In this document: positions 18,164 through 26,500 of the stretch, piece after piece
How the letters are laid out: every line of letters begins with the position of its first letter
Position numbering within the stretch: the first letter of the stretch is position 1
Source: Acidobacteriota bacterium
Lineage (GTDB): Bacteria; Acidobacteriota; UBA6911; JACQSX01
Length of the DNA stretch: 33,301 bases
Direction: 5' to 3'
NCBI GenBank assembly: GCA_036507075.1
Contig: DASXQR010000085.1
Span: 1 to 33,301 of the forward strand
The notes under the pieces: generated by a model
Told to the model about the DNA's origin: nothing
Databases searched by the model: none
What the model saw: the letters and a program-made list of their open reading frames with translations, nothing else
Made by a program: the position numbers and the translations under genes

Positions 18164-18333
18164 ATCGGCCGCAGATTTACGCGGAGTATCGGCCGCAGAG
18201 CGACGCAGAATACACTGATCCATTTTGATCGGTGTAATCGGCGGCCCGTTCTGATCGGTGTAATCGGCGGCCCCTTCTGATCGGTGTAATCGGCGGCCGT
18301 TCTGATCGGTGTAATCGGCGGCCCGTTTTGATC
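18164..18333. repeat. GGCCGCMGAT-family array: two forward half-units plus four 25-26-bp inverted tandem units
   Basis: ATCGGCCGCAGATTTACGCG at 18164; TGATCGGTGTAATCGGCGGCC at 18226, 18252, 18278 and 18303. Confidence 0.9.
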
Positions 18334-18530
18334 TGACTGATTCTCCTCCGTTACAAGTCCAATTCCTTGGATTTTTTCCTGCGTTGTAAGAACACAAAAG
18401 CGCTCATTTGTCTTGGTCCTTACACCATTAAAGTGGTAAGAATAAGTGTAAAGGAAGTTGTTTGCTCTAATTGATCTCCTTTATTCCGCACTTGGAAATC
18501 TGAATTTCAATTTCTATCAAGGGGTGTGAC

Positions 18531-21500
18531 ATGACAGGATTCACCAGAAGATTGGTTGTGCTCATTTTAGTCTTGTGTGTTTTCTCGATCAGCGCCGCCG
18601 CAGGCCTGGCGCAGACGATTACGGCCACCGTGACCGGCACGATTTCCGACAACACGGGCGCGGTCATTCCCGGCGTTCAGGTGGTGGCCACCAATCAGGA
18701 AAAGCAGACCGACTACAACGCCCTTACCAACGACGCGGGCGTATACACCATTCCATTTTTGCCGGTAGGCACCTACGTGGTCAGCGCCGAGGCTCCGGGA
18801 TTTAAAAAAGCGATCACCAACCCGATCAAGCTGGAAGTAGGACAGATCGCCAAAGTGGACCTGAAGCTTGAAATCGGCGAAATCTCGCAGCAGGTGAATG
18901 TCGAAGGTGTAGCGCCTATTCTCCAAACCGAATCCACCGTGGTGGGAGAGGTGATCACCGGAACCACAGTGGTGAATCTTCCCCTGAATGGACGAAACTT
19001 CCAGCAACTGACGCTGCTGGTGCCGGGCGCAATTACCCCCAATCCGGGTTCCTTCACCTCGCCGTCGCGGGCCTTCAGCGGCGGTCGACCGTATGTGAAT
19101 GGAAACCGCGAGCAGGGCAATAATTTCATGCTGGATGGCGTCGATCTGAACGAAACCATCGATAATCTTGTGGGCTATCAGCCCAACGTGGATGCCATCG
19201 GTGAATTCAAGATCCTGACCAACAATGCATCTGCGGAATTTGGCAATGTCACCGGGGCTGTCGTCAATGCGACGCTGAAGTCGGGAACCAACGAGTTCCA
19301 TGGCAACGTTTTTGAGTTCCTTCGGAACGACAAGCTGGATGCCAACAGTTGGGGCAACAATCGCAGCAACGCGCCCAAGGCCAAACTGCGCTATAACATT
19401 TTCGGTTTCACGTTGGGTGGGCCGATCATCAAAAATAAGGTTTTCTTCTTTGGGGATTACCAGGGGACCCGGCAGCGCACCGGCGGCGGAACGACGGCCT
19501 CGCTTGCCCCGGCGGAGTGGCGCATAGGAAATCTTTCCAGCCTGACCCAGCAGATCATCGATCCTTTGACGGGCCAGCCGTTCCCGGGAAAGATCATTCC
19601 TCAGAACCGGATCGTGAATCCGGTGGCGAAGGCGGTATTTTCCAATCCCAGCCTCTATCCGCTGCCGACGCGCACTACGGGCAGCGTTGTTGGCAACTAC
19701 GTGAGCAGCTTTGCCAACCAGATTAACAATGATCAATGGGACGCGAAAATCGACGCCAAGCTGGATGAGAAGAACGACCTGTTCGCCAGAGTCTCGGTTG
19801 CCGACTTCGATTCAAAAGGCACCAAGGCGGCCTTTCCCCTGATCCTGCCGGGCCTGTCGGTGGCTCCCAGCCGAAGCTTCGTGCTGAATTGGAACCGCAC
19901 GATCAGCCCGACAGTCGTCAATGAGGCCCGAATTGGCTATAACCGCGTGGTGATCCTTAATGACATAAATGATTGGGCAGGCCTGGGCCTCGGCAACGCC
20001 AAATTCGGAATACCGGGCGACCAGCCGATCAACGGCCTCAGCTCGGTTCAATGGGGCGAGGGGTTGACCAACATCGGTAATTCTGCCAGCCTGAGCCGCA
20101 CTTTCGATAATACGTTCCAGTATGGCGATAACCTCTCGGTGGCCCGAGGCAAGCATTTCATGAAAATGGGAATGCAGTGGCTGCGCTACCAGCAGAACCG
20201 CTACTATGCCGGTAACAACGGGGCGCTGGGACTGTTTGGTTACACGGGAACTTTCACCGGCTCCGCGTTTGCTGATTTTCTACTCGATCTGCTCTCGCGA
20301 AAAGGGCGTGGGAGCGCAAGCGGCTCTTGGGGGCATCGGCAGAATCGCATCGGGATTTTCTTCCAGGATGACGTCAAGCTGAGGCAGAACCTGACACTGA
20401 ATCTGGGAATGCGCTGGGAATATACGTCGCCGGTTTATGAAGTGAACGATCGCCAGGCAAACCTGGACATTCACACCGGCAAGCTGCTGCTGGCGGGCAA
20501 GGACGGAAACAGCCGCGCTCTGTACAATGCCTACCACAAAGGGTTTGAACCTCGGGTTGGCTTTGCCTGGTCCCCGACCAAGTCTTTCGTAATGAGGCTC
20601 GGGTACGGAATCGTGCAGTACATGGAAGGCACCGGCGCCAATCTCAGGTTGCCGCTGAATCCTCCTTTTTTCTTTGAATCGGACGTCAGCTTCGACAAGT
20701 CTACAGGCCCCGGAAGCATCACCAAAGGTTTCACTGACGTGCTTCCGATAAACCAGGTAACCGGGCAGCTCCGCGCCTGGTCGCCCAATCTCCGGCCTCA
20801 GTTTACCCAGCAATGGAATTTGTCATTGGAGTACCAGTTGAGCGAGTCCACTTCGGCGTCGGCCGCCTATGTCGGGCACAAAGCCACGCACTTGGTCAAC
20901 CCCTTCGACTTCAACCAGCCGCTGCCGGGTACAGGACCGCCTTCGACATGGCTTCCCTTGCAGCAGCGGCGCCCGTTGTACCCATTCGTTCCCGGCGTTA
21001 CGCGCGGCAGCGGAACATTCTCGGATTCCACCAGCGACTACCACTCACTGCAAGTCAGCGGTCGGCGGCGCATGGCACGTGGTTTTGAATTCCTGGGGTC
21101 TTACACGCTGAGCAAGTCGATCACGGATAATCTTGGCTATTACGGAAGCGGGGGAGTAGCCGGTCCGAGTGCTTACTGGATAAACGCCAACAACCGGCGA
21201 GGCGATCGGGGATACGCTTTCTTTGACGCCCGGCATAACTTCGTTTGGTCCGGTTCGTATGACATGCCGTTTGGGCGGTCCAAGACTTTCGGGAAAGATT
21301 GGCATCCGTTTGTGGATGCGGTTTTGGGCGGCTGGAATCTGAACAGCATCGTAAGCTGGCACAGCGGATTCCCGATTACGGTTACTTCTACCGATGTCTC
21401 GCTGCAGGATCCGCGGGCCGGCGGTCGTCCGGATCGCATCGCCAGCGGAGACGTGGATAATCCGACGTTGACGCGTTGGCTCGACATCAGCGCATTCAGA

Positions 21501-21767
21501 CTTCCCGCAGCCGGTACTTTTGGAAATGCCGGCAACAGCACGAACCGCGCTCCCCGATATGCCATTTGGGACTTCGGTCTGGGAAAGAAGTTTCACATTG
21601 ACGAGCACAAGTACGTTGATTTCAGAGGTGAGTTTTTCAATGTGACCAATCATCCCAGCTTCAGCCCGCCGAGCAGTAATATCTCGGCGCCGAACACGTT
21701 CGGGCAGATCTTCGGAACCGTCAGCGCTCCAAGAAATATTGAATTTGCGCTGAAGGTGCACTTCTAA
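18531..21767 (+). CDS. TonB-dependent receptor, Oar-like, with carboxypeptidase-regulatory-like N-terminal domain
   Basis: Signal peptide; GTISDNTGAVIPG, LPLNGRNF, KSGTNEFHG..FEFLRNDKLDA and QDDVK..LTLNLGMRWEY; C-terminal PRNIEFALKVHF (terminal Phe). Confidence 0.93.
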   Translation: MTGFTRRLVVLILVLCVFSISAAAGLAQTITATVTGTISDNTGAVIPGVQVVATNQEKQTDYNALTNDAGVYTIPFLPVGTYVVSAEAPGFKKAITNPIKLEVGQIAKVDLKLEIGEISQQVNVEGVAPILQTESTVVGEVITGTTVVNLPLNGRNFQQLTLLVPGAITPNPGSFTSPSRAFSGGRPYVNGNREQGNNFMLDGVDLNETIDNLVGYQPNVDAIGEFKILTNNASAEFGNVTGAVVNATLKSGTNEFHGNVFEFLRNDKLDANSWGNNRSNAPKAKLRYNIFGFTLGGPIIKNKVFFFGDYQGTRQRTGGGTTASLAPAEWRIGNLSSLTQQIIDPLTGQPFPGKIIPQNRIVNPVAKAVFSNPSLYPLPTRTTGSVVGNYVSSFANQINNDQWDAKIDAKLDEKNDLFARVSVADFDSKGTKAAFPLILPGLSVAPSRSFVLNWNRTISPTVVNEARIGYNRVVILNDINDWAGLGLGNAKFGIPGDQPINGLSSVQWGEGLTNIGNSASLSRTFDNTFQYGDNLSVARGKHFMKMGMQWLRYQQNRYYAGNNGALGLFGYTGTFTGSAFADFLLDLLSRKGRGSASGSWGHRQNRIGIFFQDDVKLRQNLTLNLGMRWEYTSPVYEVNDRQANLDIHTGKLLLAGKDGNSRALYNAYHKGFEPRVGFAWSPTKSFVMRLGYGIVQYMEGTGANLRLPLNPPFFFESDVSFDKSTGPGSITKGFTDVLPINQVTGQLRAWSPNLRPQFTQQWNLSLEYQLSESTSASAAYVGHKATHLVNPFDFNQPLPGTGPPSTWLPLQQRRPLYPFVPGVTRGSGTFSDSTSDYHSLQVSGRRRMARGFEFLGSYTLSKSITDNLGYYGSGGVAGPSAYWINANNRRGDRGYAFFDARHNFVWSGSYDMPFGRSKTFGKDWHPFVDAVLGGWNLNSIVSWHSGFPITVTSTDVSLQDPRAGGRPDRIASGDVDNPTLTRWLDISAFRLPAAGTFGNAGNSTNRAPRYAIWDFGLGKKFHIDEHKYVDFRGEFFNVTNHPSFSPPSSNISAPNTFGQIFGTVSAPRNIEFALKVHF

Positions 21768-21773
21768 AAACTT

Positions 21774-21838
21774 AACCGCCAAGAGCGCCGAGAACGCCAA
21801 GGAGCGCCATTCTTAGCGTTCTTGGCGTTCTTGGCGGT
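21774..21838. repeat. 9-mer-periodic palindrome (ACCGCCAAG variant); possible bidirectional terminator
   Basis: ACCGCCAAGAGCGCCGAGAACGCCAAG / CTTAGCGTTCTTGGCGTTCTTGGCGGT between convergent genes. Confidence 0.85.
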
Positions 21839-21874
21839 GAAGAGTTGTAACTCGGGTAGCGCGCGGAATTCGCT

Positions 21875-22309
21875 TTAGACAACCTTAAGTTCGCTCAGTC
21901 CTCTCCAGAGCGCATCCAGGTCGCTGGAATCCGGTTTGGAGACGTCGCCGCTTATCAGCACCACCCTGAAGTTGTCCTTCCCGGTATCGTTCAGCCGCTT
22001 CCAGACATACGTGCAGTGGTAATCGACGCGGGGGATATTGCATTCTTTGGGTACAACGATCAGCAGCTTCTTTGGCGCAGTGTGAAGGAACAGGTCCACC
22101 AGAGCGCCGCGGATTTGCCTTTCGGATCGGGCTTCAATTCCCACGGCCACTTCGACGGCTTCCCTGTCCCGATCCAGTATCACTCCGTCCAGCAGGGCGT
22201 TCGTGCCGGCCAGGTCAACCCGACGCCTCTCGGTATAGTCGTCCCACCGGTCGCCGAGAATATTGCGCAGCAATGTTTTCAAATAGACCCAGTCGCTGGC
22301 GTGTTTCAT
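21875..22309 (-). CDS. Hypothetical protein, possible PD-(D/E)XK-like fold (paralog A)
   Basis: About half of residues identical to 22613-23050 by hand alignment; LDGVI...VAVGIEAR..QIRGA. Confidence 0.75.
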   Translation of the reverse strand: MKHASDWVYLKTLLRNILGDRWDDYTERRRVDLAGTNALLDGVILDRDREAVEVAVGIEARSERQIRGALVDLFLHTAPKKLLIVVPKECNIPRVDYHCTYVWKRLNDTGKDNFRVVLISGDVSKPDSSDLDALWRGLSELKVV

Positions 22310-22330
22310 CGTTATTCAACGGTTAGCATT

Positions 22331-22610
22331 TTTGGGTTGTGGGTTCCGGGTTTTCGGGTTTCGGGTTTTCGAGTTCCGGGTTCCGGGTTCCGGGTTTTCG
22401 GGTTCCGGGTTGCAGGTTTCGAGTTCAGGATTGCGGGTTTCGAATTTCCGTTTCGCAACTGAGCCCACGCACTTTACCCGTCAAGCCTTTGAACTTCATG
22501 ATCTCGTAACGCGCCCACCTGTAACGCGCAACCCGAAAACCCGAAACTCGAAAACCCGCAACCCGAAAACCCGCAACCCAAAAACCCGAAGCGCGCAAAC
22601 CCAAAAACCC
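22331..22610. repeat. Inverted 7/8-mer array (GGGTTYC)n ... (AACCCGA)n
   Basis: G-rich arm ~22331-22444, ~85-bp spacer, C-rich arm ~22530-22610. Confidence 0.92.
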
Positions 22611-22612
22611 TT

Positions 22613-23050
22613 TTAAAGCACCCCCAACTCGGCCAAACTACGGCTGATCGTCTGGCGGTCGTCGGGATCCGGATCGGAGACGTCGCCGGCCATAATTACG
22701 GTGCGAAAATTGTCCCGCGTATCGGTTGCCAGTTGTTTCCATACGTGCGCACAGTGCCGCTCCACGTTCATCACGCGGAAGTTCTTGTTCGGCATAATGA
22801 TCAGAAGCTTGTTTGGCGCCGGATGAAAAAGCAGGTCGACCATGGCGCCGCGGATTTGTTTTTCCGTCCTGGCCTCGATATCCACCGCGACTTGAGCCGT
22901 GTTCTGCTTCTTATCCAGAATCACACCATCGAGCGTTGCCAGTGTCCCTCCCATGTCGACCTTGCGACGCTCGCTGGAATCATCCCACCGGTCTCCTAAG
23001 ATACTGCGGAGCAACTGTTTCGGGTAGAGATACTGGTCCGATCTGGCCAT
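22613..23050 (-). CDS. Hypothetical protein, possible PD-(D/E)XK-like fold (paralog B)
   Basis: LDGVI...VAVDIEAR..QIRGA. Start MARSD chosen by alignment to paralog A. Confidence 0.75.
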   Translation of the reverse strand: MARSDQYLYPKQLLRSILGDRWDDSSERRKVDMGGTLATLDGVILDKKQNTAQVAVDIEARTEKQIRGAMVDLLFHPAPNKLLIIMPNKNFRVMNVERHCAHVWKQLATDTRDNFRTVIMAGDVSDPDPDDRQTISRSLAELGVL

Positions 23051-23242
23051 GGATTGTCTGTTGTAATCAAAATCAGACTGTGCGTATTGTGATCGAGATA
23101 ACGCTGCCGGCAAAGTAAATTTTTGATATTAAGGGATGGGCATCGGTGATAATAAATTTGCCGTGCCAAACATCCCGCGAAGCAGTTGCGATATGTTTAC
23201 CCCCGAACCCGAGACTGTCCATACCGGAGACTGTCCGTGAAA

Positions 23243-25156
23243 ATGCGTCTAAAGCCGGTTAACCCGGAACTGGTTGCCGGTCTGAACAGGGTTTTTCTCG
23301 ACAGCCTGCGGCCCGTAACCTTTGCGCTCGCTGCGCTCTATCTGGTGATCGCCGTTGCCCAGTGGTGGACTCTTGAGGGAGGAGCGGCCCGCGGGACTCT
23401 GGTGATAGCGGCAGCGTCGTCGAGCGCTCTTCTGGTGTTGCTGTTCTTGATTCTGGGCAAAGCTTCAATCCGGCCCGCCCGCGCTCATGCCCTGGGGGCC
23501 GGGATTGCCGCGCTGGTACTGGCCAACAGCTTCCTGTACCTGTATTTGACGCGCGAACCTCAGCAGACAACCAACCTGATGCTCCTGAGCATCGGCGCAG
23601 GCTGTCTCTTTCTCTCACTCCCATGGTTGACTTCGGTTCTGGGCGCCGTTGTTGTTCTCTGGGTCATCGCTGTTTTCAATTCCCCCGCATCGCCGCTGTG
23701 GCCGCACTTCGGCTCTGCGTTGATCTCTTCCACAGTATTATCGCTGCTGATTTTTCTTCTCCGCTACCGAACATTGCTGCGTCTTGAGGAACTGCGGTTT
23801 CAGGATAATTACCAGAAGCTGATCCTGAAAGAGGCGCTTCAATCCGCCGAGCGGGAAATTGTCGAGCGGAACAAGGCGCAGGAAGAGCTCAAGAAGGCCT
23901 ATGACGAAATGGAATTGCGAGTGCAGGAGCGTACCGCCGCGCTTGCGAAAATAAATCATCAAATGAGCCTTGAAATCGCGGAACGCAATCGAATGGAAAG
24001 AGAGCAGCAACAGCTCCAGCAACAGCTTTCGCAGGCGCAGAAGCTGGAAAGTCTGGGCATCTTTGCCGGAGGGATCGCGCACGATTTCAACAACCTGCTG
24101 CTGGTTATCACCGCCAACGCTGACCTGGCGCTCAAAGGGATCGAACAGGGTGCCAGGGCGCGCACAAATGTGGAGCGGATCGCTGTCGCTTCGTCGCGGG
24201 CAGCCGAGCTGACATCGCAATTGCTTGCCTACACCGGAAAAGGAGCGCGGGAACCGCAGGCGGTAAACCTTTCGAATCTGGTGAGGGAGACGGCAGGCCT
24301 GCTGGAATCTGTGATCTCCAAAAAGGCCACGCTCAAGCTCAGGCTGGAGCAGGACATGCCCCCGATTCGCGCCGATGCGGGTCAGGCTCGCCAGGTGGTG
24401 ATGAATCTGATCATCAACGCGTCCGAGGCGCTGGAAGACGGAGCCGGGATCATCGTGATCAGCACCGGAAGCGAAGAGGACGCCGGAGTTCTAAGCGACA
24501 TCCAGCCTCGAGCCGATTCAAAGAAGACCTATGGCTATGTGGAAGTCAAAGACGACGGGTGCGGCATGGCTCCTGAAGCGGTGGCCAAGATTTTCGATCC
24601 TTTTTTTACCACCAAGACCACAGGACGCGGCCTGGGGCTGGCCACCGTGCTGGGGATCGTGCGAGGCCATCAGGGTGCCATCCGCGTGGACAGCAACCCG
24701 GGAAAGGGAAGCACCTTTCGCGTGCTCTTCCCCTGCATGGAACAAAAAGAGGCAAAGGCGCAGGCCCCGGCGCCCGGGCTGGAGGACTGGCGAGGCAAGG
24801 GCACCGTTCTGGTAGTGGATGATGAGGCAAGCGTGCGCGAGACGGCGCAGTCGATCCTGGAAGAGTATGGGTTCACCGTCTTGACAGCCAGGAACGGCAG
24901 GGAATGCACGCACCTTTTGCGGAGTCGATCTTCCGAACTGGCCCTGGTGCTGCTGGATTTGAAGATGCCCGAAATGAACGGAGATGAGGTGCTGCTCGAA
25001 ATCCGCTCCCTGCGTTCGGATCTCCCCGTGATCCTCTCGAGCGGTTATCACGAAAACATGACGCCCGCTCCGGCCGGAAACGGCAGCACGGTTTTCATTC
25101 ACAAGCCCTATTTACCCCAGGACCTGATCCGGAAAATCAGGCAGCTCCTCGGGTAG
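23243..25156 (+). CDS. Membrane-bound hybrid sensor histidine kinase/response regulator
   Basis: About 5 TM helices and a coiled coil; H-box GIAHDFNNLL, N-box MNLIINA, DDGCGM, IFDPFFTTK and GRGLGL; receiver VVDDE, LLDLKMP and KP. Start uncertain (GTG at 23237 possible). Confidence 0.93.
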   Translation: MRLKPVNPELVAGLNRVFLDSLRPVTFALAALYLVIAVAQWWTLEGGAARGTLVIAAASSSALLVLLFLILGKASIRPARAHALGAGIAALVLANSFLYLYLTREPQQTTNLMLLSIGAGCLFLSLPWLTSVLGAVVVLWVIAVFNSPASPLWPHFGSALISSTVLSLLIFLLRYRTLLRLEELRFQDNYQKLILKEALQSAEREIVERNKAQEELKKAYDEMELRVQERTAALAKINHQMSLEIAERNRMEREQQQLQQQLSQAQKLESLGIFAGGIAHDFNNLLLVITANADLALKGIEQGARARTNVERIAVASSRAAELTSQLLAYTGKGAREPQAVNLSNLVRETAGLLESVISKKATLKLRLEQDMPPIRADAGQARQVVMNLIINASEALEDGAGIIVISTGSEEDAGVLSDIQPRADSKKTYGYVEVKDDGCGMAPEAVAKIFDPFFTTKTTGRGLGLATVLGIVRGHQGAIRVDSNPGKGSTFRVLFPCMEQKEAKAQAPAPGLEDWRGKGTVLVVDDEASVRETAQSILEEYGFTVLTARNGRECTHLLRSRSSELALVLLDLKMPEMNGDEVLLEIRSLRSDLPVILSSGYHENMTPAPAGNGSTVFIHKPYLPQDLIRKIRQLLG

Positions 25157-25160
25157 GACT

Positions 25161-25405
25161 GGCCGCTGATTTACGCGAAATAACACGGATTAGAATCGGC
25201 CGCTGATTTACGCGAAATAACACGGATTAGAATTGGCCGCTGATTTACATGAATTAACACGGACAGATATCGGGGTCGAGGATGGGCTCGGTGTAACTGA
25301 CACACAGTGTTCTCGGAGCCCATCCTCGGCCCCGATATAAATCAGTGTATTTCGCGTAGATCGGCGGCCAGCTCTATCCGTGTTCGTTCGCGCAAATCGG
25401 CGGCC
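25161..25405. repeat. Composite foldback element, copy 2 (3 direct 37-bp units, 23-bp inner stem, 2 inverted units)
   Basis: GGCCGCTGATTTAC units at 25161, 25198 and 25235. Stem ATATCGGGGTCGAGGATGGGCTC (25267-25289) / GAGCCCATCCTCGGCCCCGATAT (25316-25338). Confidence 0.95.
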
Positions 25406-25408
25406 AAG

Positions 25409-26500
25409 CTACGGCGGGCTGACTTCCTGCCGCCGCACTCCGAAGGGCGACGGCTGCGGGTTCTTTCGCAGCTCCTCGAATTTCGCGAAAGCTTCGCGGG
25501 CCTTCTCCTTGTCGCCTGTCTTGCTGTAATAGCGTCCCAGGACGTAATAGGCTTCCGCGTAGGCCGGATCGAGCCGAATCGCGCTCTTTAGTTCGGATTC
25601 CACTTCGGCGGTCACTTCTTGTTTCAGCAGCGCCCCGGCGTATTTGAAATGGGTGTACGGCAGGTTGGGATCGTTTCGCACGCCGCGATAAAGCCATCCG
25701 ACGCCGTCGGTATACTGCTCCTGGGAAACCAGCAGCTCTCCCAAGTCCGCATAAGCCCAGCCGTAACGGATTCGTTTCTTTTCTATTATCTCGATGGCCT
25801 TGCGAAACTGCTTCTTGGCGCTCTCCAGATCCCCGCTGCCCTGCAGCGCCAGTCCCTGAAAGTAGTAGGCCTTGTAGTAATCGGGCTGAAATTCAAGCGC
25901 CTTACTCAGAAACTGAATTGCCTCGCTGTATTTCTTTTTTTCCAGTCGGTACCGTCCCAGATGATAGTACGACTCGGAGTCGGCGGGATTGTGCTGGATG
26001 GCGCGGGTCAGAATGGCTTCAAAACCGTCAAAATCCTGCAGCATGTAGCGGCTGAGCGCCTGCAGGCGGTAAACCTCCGGCCGCTGGTCTCCGGCTTTCA
26101 AAGCATCCGCCGCGAGATTGGAGGCTTTCTGGAATTCTCCGCGCCGGAAGGCAAAGCCTGCCGCCACGAAAGTAATCTGCGAGTCGCCTGGATAATAACT
26201 TCTCAGGATTTCCAACTGCGCGCCGGCTTCATCCCAGCGTTCCAGTCGCATCAGCACTTCAATCAACGCCGCGCGCGCCGTCTTGTTCTTCTGCTGATAA
26301 TCGAGCGCCTGCTTCAGCTTTGTCGCCGCCTCGGCGAACTTGCCCTGGTTGATATCCGTCTGGGCCGCCTGAAGCAGCAGGTCTACATTGGTTGGTGGTT
26401 GCGATTGTGGATGGGCCAAGCTCAATGACAGAAAAAAAACCACCAGGACACCAAGCTCATAAACGTGGATTCGTGGTGCCTTGGTGTCTTGGTGGTTCAT
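25409..26500 (-). CDS. Tetratricopeptide repeat protein, probably secreted
   Basis: Multiple TPR units (YYHLGRY..EAIQFLSKALEFQPD; AEAYYVLGRYY). ATG overlaps the upstream TGA (ATGA). Confidence 0.88.
   Translation of the reverse strand: MNHQDTKAPRIHVYELGVLVVFFLSLSLAHPQSQPPTNVDLLLQAAQTDINQGKFAEAATKLKQALDYQQKNKTARAALIEVLMRLERWDEAGAQLEILRSYYPGDSQITFVAAGFAFRRGEFQKASNLAADALKAGDQRPEVYRLQALSRYMLQDFDGFEAILTRAIQHNPADSESYYHLGRYRLEKKKYSEAIQFLSKALEFQPDYYKAYYFQGLALQGSGDLESAKKQFRKAIEIIEKKRIRYGWAYADLGELLVSQEQYTDGVGWLYRGVRNDPNLPYTHFKYAGALLKQEVTAEVESELKSAIRLDPAYAEAYYVLGRYYSKTGDKEKAREAFAKFEELRKNPQPSPFGVRRQEVSPP
26438..26497. repeat. 9-mer-family palindrome inside the 5' end of the TPR gene
   Basis: AACCACCAGGACACCAAG / CTTGGTGTCTTGGTGGTT; the right arm is identical to 13253-13270. 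Confidence 0.85.

Noticed and set aside
18223..18333. CRISPR mini-array
   Set aside because: The 21-bp core is separated by only 4-5 near-identical bases; it is a tandem repeat.
17470..18340. Integron cassette with attC sites around the small ORF
   Set aside because: No RYYYAAC..GTTRRRY-bounded sites were recognised and there is no integrase in the window.
23211..23236. GAGACTGTCC direct repeat before the kinase start
   Set aside because: Only two 10-bp copies overlapping the likely RBS; no support for a regulatory role.
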